Assembly: GCA_028707535.1 (NCBI GenBank)
Contig: JAQWAU010000001.1
Coordinates: 68,514 to 132,513, forward strand
Source: Heliobacteriaceae bacterium
GTDB lineage: Bacteria > Bacillota > Desulfitobacteriia > Heliobacteriales > Heliobacteriaceae
DNA length: 64,000 nucleotides
Direction of reading: 5' to 3'
Positions 8,146 through 14,928 of the stretch are shown here, in pieces. The notes beneath the pieces were generated by a model. It was not told where the DNA came from, made no database searches, and was given only the letters and a program-made list of their open reading frames with translations. Numbering within the stretch: position 1 is the first letter of the stretch; every line of letters begins with the position of its first letter. Both the position numbers and the translations under genes were made by a program.

Positions 8146-8724
8146 TCATCTTGAAATCGAAACACCAATTTCTTTAAGTACTCTAACCGGTGTGCTATAA
8201 AAATCCCACAGCTTTCCTTCCACCCAGGCGATTATCCCCAAAAATTCGTTCATGTCTTGTTTCCAAAGGGTAACCAATTCTTCTTCCCAGGGCTCTAAAA
8301 CCACCTGAATTGGGTTCTCCCGAAAAACTTGCCACCACCGTCCGGCCATGGCCATGGCGCGGCGGTAACGGTATTCACAATCCCTGTCCTCAAATTGAAT
8401 TAAGATTAGATTGTCCGATTCTTTGGGATTGAAAGGCCAGGCTTGAAAACTTTGCCGCGTAATTTCCGGGAACCGAAAAGCGATCAAGGCATCACCTGAC
8501 TGGACCAAGGACACCATTCCCGGTTCGTTCCGGGGCGGGTGATCAACCGGCTGGGGCATACAAACCAAGGAACCCTGGTAGGAAACGTTATCATACCGGT
8601 TATTATGACCAATAAAAAAAACACTGACCTCCACAGGCATTTCTAAAAGACCCGTTTCTCGATTACAACCTTTCTGAAAATCCAGCGAAAGAGCCTGAAC
8701 GGAGATTACAGGACCAAGCCACAT
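8146..8724 (-). CDS. hypothetical Trp-rich protein, no family recognised
   Basis: The open frame runs 8146..8757. An internal ATG at 8724 (MWLGPVISV...) lies behind AAAGGAG. No recognisable motif was found. Confidence 0.45.
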   Translation of the reverse strand: MWLGPVISVQALSLDFQKGCNRETGLLEMPVEVSVFFIGHNNRYDNVSYQGSLVCMPQPVDHPPRNEPGMVSLVQSGDALIAFRFPEITRQSFQAWPFNPKESDNLILIQFEDRDCEYRYRRAMAMAGRWWQVFRENPIQVVLEPWEEELVTLWKQDMNEFLGIIAWVEGKLWDFYSTPVRVLKEIGVSISR

Positions 8725-8924
8725 AATTATCTCTTCACTCCTTTCCCCACCAAACACATTGAAACGTCAAGCTGTATACCCCTGTCCAAATTCTCTCACA
8801 AGATTCGACAACAAAACCCGAAAACCTTCAGCTTGTTTGAAATTATTGAAAGATTCAAGCTCTTTAACAGTAACGTTGATCAATTAATAAAAGTTTGCTA
8901 CGATGCAACTAGAGGTATATAAGT

Positions 8925-9308
8925 ATGGACATTAACGACTTATTATTTGAGATCCGGCCTAAGTACAAATGTCCCACCGATCTATTTCTCCTCGTTTGTT
9001 TCTACCGGGGCCAAGAAGTAGGTCACCTGGAGTTTTTACGGCCCGGATCCTTTGTTGATCCTCGCCTCCATATTATCGAATTATGGGTAAACCCCGAATT
9101 CCGGGGTCAAGGATTTGCGAACGCCTTACTTGCCAAAATAAAGGAGGTTGCACGGAACTTCTTTGGGAAAGCGCAAATTTATGCCTTGGTATCGCCTTTA
9201 GTCAGCGACATGAAACTTTCCCGGTTGATTGCTTTGTACGTTAATAATGGATTTACGGTTAACCAAACCTCTTTTTTTGAAGCCGATGCCTACTATAATT
9301 TTGAATAG
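8925..9308 (+). CDS. GNAT family N-acetyltransferase
   Basis: Acetyl-CoA-binding motif A ...LWVNPEFRGQGFANALLAKI...; 127 aa. Confidence 0.8.
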   Translation: MDINDLLFEIRPKYKCPTDLFLLVCFYRGQEVGHLEFLRPGSFVDPRLHIIELWVNPEFRGQGFANALLAKIKEVARNFFGKAQIYALVSPLVSDMKLSRLIALYVNNGFTVNQTSFFEADAYYNFE

Positions 9309-9367
9309 CCATAGGTAAACAACCGGCTGGCCAGGCCTTTTTACCAGCGCATTTGCCGGCTTTAGTA

Positions 9368-9396
9368 TTGACAAGTGGAGACTCTTTTGATATATT
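9368..9396 (+). promoter_or_regulatory. sigmaA-type promoter for tRNA-Thr
   Basis: TTGACA, 17 nt, TATATT, ending about 22 nt before the tRNA. Confidence 0.6.
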
Positions 9397-9417
9397 TCTT
9401 TTTGCCCATCCAATTGT

Positions 9418-9493
9418 GCCGGCGTAGCTCAATTGGCAGAGCAACTGATTTGTAATCAGTAGGTTGGGGGTTCAAGTCCTCTCGCCGGCTCCA
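9418..9493 (+). tRNA. tRNA-Thr (anticodon UGU), CCA encoded
   Basis: gccggcgtagctcaattggcagagcaactgattTGTaatcagtaggttgggggttcaagtcctctcgccggctcca folds as a canonical cloverleaf. Confidence 0.9.
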
Positions 9494-9501
9494 GTAAAAT
9501 C

Positions 9502-9535
9502 AAGGCTTCCGGGTTCTCGGAAGCCTTTTCTTTTT
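9502..9535 (+). terminator. intrinsic terminator after tRNA-Thr
   Basis: A 10-bp stem aaggcttccg/cggaagcctt is followed by ttttctttttgg. Confidence 0.8.
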
Positions 9536-9775
9536 GGCTTTTGATGACAAAGAGCGACAGCATAAACAAAAAAAGCGCTAGTTGTTCGAAAATTAGCGTA
9601 TCCTCCCGATTTTTAAGCACCAAGTCCTAACCGATAGAGACCCTAGTCCGATGATCCCGCAACCTTAATCTGATTATATTATTAATAGGTAAAAAGTTGG
9701 GTTCTCACTTTTGGCCCAGCCTTTTATCCCCAACCCAGCCTTCACATTAAAACAGGAGGTGAATCCACCGGTTTT

Positions 9776-9805
9776 CCCTGCCGTTAAACGTGGCAGGGTT
9801 TTTTT
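9776..9805 (+). terminator. plus-strand-oriented intrinsic terminator with no annotated plus-strand gene upstream
   Basis: The stem ccctgcc/ggcaggg is followed by seven T. On the minus strand the hairpin is followed by aaaacc, so it is poorly suited to terminate the FtsA-like gene whose stop codon it abuts. Confidence 0.5.
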
Positions 9806-12008
9806 ATTGCCAAGTTAACTCAACCCGGGCATCATTCGGAACCGGAGTGGTATATTCGGCAAATAAACCGTTTACCACGATTTCCAAACGATTCTTTCCT
9901 TCCGGGGGAACCGGCTGAAAGTTTATCTGATATAACAATTCGGAAACAATCAAATCTGCGGAATGGCCTGTTTGCACTTCAATCCGATCGCCCTGGCATA
10001 TCGGTTCTTCACCGGTAGCCTTTTCCCCATTCAAGCATAATACAGCCGGCTTGCCCGGTAGAGTCCAAACTTCACCATTTACGTCAACGGTAATTGATTC
10101 ACCCTGCCAACGGTTAATATCCACAATCTCATTAAGTTTAAGGCTTGGCTTGTCCGACAGCTGGAAAACGATTTGATCCCCAGCCTGGACCGAGCTGGCC
10201 AGGGAAACCTGTTCGCCGTTTAAGCATACAGCCGGGGTAGCCAACGGAACCGTTTTTTCTGTACCGTTCAAAAAATAAGAAAACCAATACGTATCCTTTA
10301 TCTTAGCCAGATCCCCGGTAGCGGCAAGCAACTGCTCGACCGTCTCAATTTCCCGATAACAGATGCGAGCTCCATCCACAAAAGGTGTATCCAAAGAAAC
10401 TAGTTTGCCGTTCATCGTTACCAGAGGTGCCGCAACGACTTCCCGGCCATTCACAACAACCGGCAAGAGCTTTAAAAAGGGCAAAATATCTTTGACCATT
10501 CCTGTGGCATTTTTCCCGGATTTGGCTGCGTGAAACCGGATCTCATCACCCGGCTTTACGGCCGAATCCAGTTTTGCCTCTATGCCGTTTATAATAATTG
10601 CCGCAGGTTCACCCAAGGTACCACGCAATATCTTTACTTGCCCGTTGACTTCCACTGTTTTCGCCAGCCCGGGAAGACCATGGATCTGCTTTAGGCTGAC
10701 CCTGGCGGCCACCAGGGCATCCCCCACCGTTCCTAATTGCCCGTTGAACAGCCGCACCGGTTGTCCGTTAACCGTTACTTCATAATAGCCCGGGGATTGG
10801 TTCTTTATGGCCGTCACAGCGATTCCTACCGGCGTTACAAATTCGGGTCCATTCATATCCGCCAAGTTACCAGTCAACCCGTGCAGACTTTCCCGCCCCT
10901 TAACCCCAACTCTTTCTTTGGGCAAGCCAAGCCGGTCGGCAATTTTTACCGGTAGTAGCGGGGTTAAAGAACCACCACCAACTAAAATTACGGCCTGAGG
11001 ACATTTGCCATTAAGGGAAAGAATCTTATCGGCAACCTGGCCGGCCAGCTGCTCAACGATCGGTGTTATCGTCGCCAGCAAAGTCGACACTAGGAGCTTT
11101 TGTTCCAAACCCAATATGTCACAGGCTACGATGTTCGCTTCGCTAAAATCATCATCAGCACCATCAGCGATCAGCTGCTGCAAAACACACTTGACCCGTT
11201 CCCCTTCTTCAAATTCTAAAAGAAACTGCTGGCAGATCTGATCGGTTACTTCATCCCCCGCCACCGGAACCATGGCATAAGCCTGGATCGTATTGCCGGC
11301 TGTAAGCGCAATATCGGAAGTACCGGCCCCGATATCCACCAAGGCCAAGTTCAACTGCCGCATATTCGGGGTAATCGCTACGTTGCTGGCAGCAATTGGT
11401 TCCAAGGTCAGGCTTTTCACCTTTAAGTTAACCCGGTTAAGGACTGAAAAAAGAGAATCAACCACGACCCGGGGTAAAAAAGTGGCAATTACTTCTACTT
11501 CCGCGGTCTTCGCCCGCTGGCCTACCAAGTTGCCGATCACTTGTCCGTCCAAATAAGCCCGGATCACACTGTAACCGACACAATGACATACACCGTTGCT
11601 CTCCTGGGTAGCGTCTATTTCTTCTTCCCGGTTGTTTAACTGCCTTTCGGCGTCTTGCACCGCCGCCAATTCGAAACCAAAAACATCCTCTGTGGTAAGC
11701 TCCCGGATCACGGGAAATTGGCGGGTCGCTTTGCCATTTAAGGTGATCAAGGCCCGCCCGGCTGCGGCTACAGCTACTTCCTGCAACGGAAACCCGATTT
11801 TGCTTTCAAACCGTTCCTTGATCCGGCTAACCACCCCGGCAACCTGTTCGACATCATGAATCTGGCCGTCCAGCATGGCCCGGTTATGATGTTCTTCGCT
11901 CGCCGTATGTACTATCTGCACATTTTCGCCTGTCACTTTCGCCAAAATACCCACGACACTGCGGGTTCCAATATCCAAGGCAAAAATTAGCTCCCGGTCG
12001 TTTTTCAT
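9804..12008 (-). CDS. FtsA-like actin-fold ATPase (about 405 aa) fused to about 330 aa of tandem beta-rich 'NG..NG..GDxI' repeats
   Basis: The N-terminal part has LIFALDIGTRSV (phosphate 1), LALVDIGAGTSDIAL (phosphate 2) and ILVGGGSL (adenosine) motifs in FtsA/PilM order. The start is taken at ATG 12008 behind GAGGGGGA. The C-terminal repeats are described in the findings. Confidence 0.75.
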   Translation of the reverse strand: MKNDRELIFALDIGTRSVVGILAKVTGENVQIVHTASEEHHNRAMLDGQIHDVEQVAGVVSRIKERFESKIGFPLQEVAVAAAGRALITLNGKATRQFPVIRELTTEDVFGFELAAVQDAERQLNNREEEIDATQESNGVCHCVGYSVIRAYLDGQVIGNLVGQRAKTAEVEVIATFLPRVVVDSLFSVLNRVNLKVKSLTLEPIAASNVAITPNMRQLNLALVDIGAGTSDIALTAGNTIQAYAMVPVAGDEVTDQICQQFLLEFEEGERVKCVLQQLIADGADDDFSEANIVACDILGLEQKLLVSTLLATITPIVEQLAGQVADKILSLNGKCPQAVILVGGGSLTPLLPVKIADRLGLPKERVGVKGRESLHGLTGNLADMNGPEFVTPVGIAVTAIKNQSPGYYEVTVNGQPVRLFNGQLGTVGDALVAARVSLKQIHGLPGLAKTVEVNGQVKILRGTLGEPAAIIINGIEAKLDSAVKPGDEIRFHAAKSGKNATGMVKDILPFLKLLPVVVNGREVVAAPLVTMNGKLVSLDTPFVDGARICYREIETVEQLLAATGDLAKIKDTYWFSYFLNGTEKTVPLATPAVCLNGEQVSLASSVQAGDQIVFQLSDKPSLKLNEIVDINRWQGESITVDVNGEVWTLPGKPAVLCLNGEKATGEEPICQGDRIEVQTGHSADLIVSELLYQINFQPVPPEGKNRLEIVVNGLFAEYTTPVPNDARVELTWQ

Positions 12009-12132
12009 TAAGGTCCCCCTCACCCGGATTATTCCGATCACCAATTTTGGTTCGCCTTGGCCCGCTTAATTTCCTGCCGGAAAAAAGAACCTGCCACACC
12101 TCCTACCCCTTTCCGTTTTAGCAGGTTAAAGC

Positions 12133-12378
12133 CTAGGCGGAGAGGAGATCGAGATACCTGTCTTTACTGAGGCCGGCTTGTTGCAAGATGCCCATTACCG
12201 TGCCCTTTTTCAGCTCCTTATGCTTTCCCGGAATCGTCACCCGGATCATCCGGTCAGGGCCATTTTTCACCAGTCGAACATGACTGCCCCGCTGGCGCAC
12301 ATGCGCAAACCCATCCCGGTGTAACAGTTCAATCAGCTTTCGGCCGGAGACCACGGTTAAGCGACGGGACATCCCCAA
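12133..12378 (-). CDS. hicA: HicA-family mRNA-interferase toxin (YcfA-like), no hicB partner seen
   Basis: ...VSGRKLIELLHRDGFAHVRQRGSHVRLVK...VTIPGKHKELKKGTVMGILQQAGL matches the HicA pattern, including the GSH catalytic His. The start is probably TTG 12378 (GGAGGTGA SD at 7 nt) or ATG 12372; the longest ORF extends to 12441. Confidence 0.7.
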   Translation of the reverse strand: MGMSRRLTVVSGRKLIELLHRDGFAHVRQRGSHVRLVKNGPDRMIRVTIPGKHKELKKGTVMGILQQAGLSKDRYLDLLSA

Positions 12379-12519
12379 AAAAACGTCACCTCCAGCATTG
12401 ACGGAGGTGCAGCAGGGTTCAACTTTAGCTTTTCCCGCCACCGGCAGTTTTAAATATCCACACCTTGTTTTTCCGTTTTTCCCTATACATAAGTAACGCG
12501 GTCAGGGAAAAACTAAAAT

Positions 12520-13131
12520 GTGTCTTGCCTAAAAACCTGGCCTAAGGAGTGGTGTGGTATTTTATCCCGGTGGTTGATGCTGCCGCTTATCGTTTTGTTG
12601 GTTGGCCAACCATTGATCTGTGATGCCGTCCCGGTGAATCCGGAAAACCTAAAGATTACGAAAGCAGGACCTTATCTTCCCAACACCTCACTGGCCTGGC
12701 TTACCCGCTACAAAACCAATGCCCCGGTGCCGGCGATCAACAAGTTAATTCAAGACGGGTACCGGCTTTCCGCCCCCCTGGAAGTTACGGCCACTGCTTA
12801 TGATGCCTGTATCCAGTGTTGTGGGAAAGACGATGGCATTACAAAAACAGGGGTTAAAGCAACTGCTTGGTACACCATCGCCGTTGATCCCACTGTTATT
12901 CCTTTGGGAACTAAGATTTTTATCCCAGCCTTGGGCAAAGTCTTTGAAGCCCAGGACACAGGCGGCAAAATTCGAGGCAGACGCGTGGATCTATTTCTAC
13001 CGGATCATCATATGGCCGTCGCGTTTGGCCGCCAAAAGCTAAAAATTTACCTCCTGGCTGAACCCGACCGGGAGCCTATTACAACTGCTGTCATCACCAA
13101 ACCCCATCAAACCGAACCCCCAAAAAAATGA
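12520..13131 (+). CDS. 3D-domain (MltA/RlpA-like fold) cell-wall protein
   Basis: VTATAYDAC...GITKTG...IAVDPTVIPLGTKIFIP...FEAQDTGGKIRGRRVDLFL is the 3D (Asp-Asp-Asp) domain signature. The N-terminus is hydrophobic. The start is uncertain: GTG 12520 or an internal codon. Confidence 0.75.
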   Translation: MSCLKTWPKEWCGILSRWLMLPLIVLLVGQPLICDAVPVNPENLKITKAGPYLPNTSLAWLTRYKTNAPVPAINKLIQDGYRLSAPLEVTATAYDACIQCCGKDDGITKTGVKATAWYTIAVDPTVIPLGTKIFIPALGKVFEAQDTGGKIRGRRVDLFLPDHHMAVAFGRQKLKIYLLAEPDREPITTAVITKPHQTEPPKK

Positions 13132-13196
13132 TCGAAGCTGGCCATAAAAAACCTTTTTTAAGGCCAGCCCTTTTTTCCCCCCAGCAATGGATGTTA

Positions 13197-13715
13197 TTAG
13201 ACTTTTCCCTGGTAGTGATGCCGCCATAAAGCAGCATAACGCTGGGCATTGCCGGTAAAACGCCCGGCTTCTTCAGGAGTAAAAGTTTTTACCAGCTTTG
13301 CAGGAGTGCCGATAATTAAGCTATACGGTGGAAATTCTTTACCGGCCGGCACTACCGTATTGGCCGCAACAACAGAATGTTCCCCAATGACGGTATTATC
13401 CAATATAACCGCCCCGATCCCAATCAGGCAATAATCGCCAATCCGGGCGCTGTGGATAATCGCCCCATGCCCGACTGTAACCCAGGCACCGATGCTGGTT
13501 GGATGAAGACTATCCGTATGCACCACCACATTATCCTGGATGTTACTGTTAGCGCCGATTGTAACCGGCCAACCGAGATCACCCCGCACCACGGTATTAA
13601 ACCACAAGCTGGCACCACCGGCGATCGTTACTTGACCGGCGACAACTGCTGTCGGAGCCAGGTACGCATCAGGATCGATTTCCGGAACCCATTCCCCAAT
13701 CGGGTAGACCGGCAT
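13197..13715 (-). CDS. gamma-carbonic-anhydrase-family / hexapeptide-repeat protein (YrdA/PaaY-like)
   Basis: The N-terminus ...EIDPDAYLAPTAVVAGQVTIAGGASLWFNTVVRGD and the left-handed beta-helix hexapeptide periodicity; 172 aa. Confidence 0.85.
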   Translation of the reverse strand: MPVYPIGEWVPEIDPDAYLAPTAVVAGQVTIAGGASLWFNTVVRGDLGWPVTIGANSNIQDNVVVHTDSLHPTSIGAWVTVGHGAIIHSARIGDYCLIGIGAVILDNTVIGEHSVVAANTVVPAGKEFPPYSLIIGTPAKLVKTFTPEEAGRFTGNAQRYAALWRHHYQGKV

Positions 13716-13736
13716 AATAATTCCTCCCCCAAATCA

Positions 13737-14615
13737 TCATGCTTTTTGATAAAAAAAAGTAGCAGCGGAATTTAAACCAAGTTCCCGGGCTTGAAAAATC
13801 TGTTCAGTGGAACCCGTGAACAGAATTCCACCTTTACATAAGGCTTGACAAAACCTTTGGTACAAAAGGGTTTTGGTTTCCTCCGTAAAATAGATGACGA
13901 CATTACGGCAAAGGATCAGGTCAAACCCGGTTTCAAAGCGATCTTTAAGCAAATTGTGGCTTTGGAACTTAACATGACGTTTAACCATTTCCTTAACCCG
14001 ATAATAGCCTCCCCCTTGGTCCTCAAAATACTTTTTGATTAAAGGAGCCGGAAAATTAGCCAAGGATTTAGCGGCATATAGGCCAATTTGAGCTTTCCGC
14101 AGCACCTCCCGGTCAAGATCCGTGGCCAAAACCTGATTCCCCAAATCACACCGGGATTCCAACAGCGTAATGACTAAACTATAGGGCTCCTCCCCGGTGG
14201 AACAACCGGCCGACCAGATTTTCAGGCGTTGATTGGTTTTTAAAAGCAACGGTAAAATTTTTTGACTTAAAACCTCCCATTGCCCAGGATTGCGTAAAAA
14301 CTCGGATACATTAATCGTAATATGGTCAATAAATTTCCGGTATTGATTGGCATCCCGTTCCAAAAGCTGAAAATAAGCCGTTAAATCATTAACCCCTTGG
14401 GAACGCATTAAGGTACGGATGCGTCTTTCCATCTGTGGCCGTTTGTAATTGGTCAAATCCAGGCCACTTTTAATATGTACTCTTTTTACAAATACATCAT
14501 AATCATCCACAAGACTCACCGTATACACCCCCTTGGCACCATCATACTGGACAATTACGTCCGAAACTACGGTTACCCCTGTAGAATACTGTTTATATTG
14601 CCAATTATTAATCAT
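13737..14615 (-). CDS. cheR: chemotaxis protein methyltransferase CheR (stand-alone, no other che genes in window)
   Basis: The CheR N-domain (...KSGLDLTNYKRPQMERRI...) and SAM-binding block IWSAGCSTGEEPYSL are present. The start is moved to ATG 14615 because the ppdK terminator hairpin (14667-14696) lies inside the longest ORF. Confidence 0.85.
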   Translation of the reverse strand: MINNWQYKQYSTGVTVVSDVIVQYDGAKGVYTVSLVDDYDVFVKRVHIKSGLDLTNYKRPQMERRIRTLMRSQGVNDLTAYFQLLERDANQYRKFIDHITINVSEFLRNPGQWEVLSQKILPLLLKTNQRLKIWSAGCSTGEEPYSLVITLLESRCDLGNQVLATDLDREVLRKAQIGLYAAKSLANFPAPLIKKYFEDQGGGYYRVKEMVKRHVKFQSHNLLKDRFETGFDLILCRNVVIYFTEETKTLLYQRFCQALCKGGILFTGSTEQIFQARELGLNSAATFFYQKA

Positions 14616-14666
14616 TCTACCACCAGCGTTAAAAATCCTGCCGGCAAAAGTTACCCGGCAAAAGAC

Positions 14667-14696
14667 AAAAAAAACCTTCAGCAAAGCGCTGAAGGT
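14667..14696 (-). terminator. intrinsic terminator downstream of ppdK
   Basis: On the minus strand, a 9-bp stem accuucagc/gcugaaggu is followed by uuuuuuuu. Confidence 0.7.
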
Positions 14697-14928
14697 TTAA
14701 CGCAGTGACTCCGCTGCCCCACCTGCGTTAAAGGTAAACACACTATATATTATGCGCAAAAGGGGGCAAAGCATCACCAGTAAAACGGTTTTTTCGCCCG
14801 ATATTTAATTTTTTTGAGGAAACCATGGGGGTAAATTCCCCCGGAATTTCCATTTGAAATGGGTCATCTTCATAAAACTCAATCATGCTAGCAGTTTTCC
14901 CTGACCCAGCCAAAGTTATCCTTAAGAA

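Noticed and set aside
9544-9630. 28-codon ATG ORF (MTKSDSINKKSASCSKISVSSRFLSTKS) after the tRNA-Thr terminator
   Set aside because: It has no SD and low-complexity composition. It is not supported as coding.
12009-12519. Search for a HicB antitoxin ORF flanking hicA
   Set aside because: No ORF of plausible size or composition was found by eye on either side, so this is reported as an orphan toxin rather than an invented partner.
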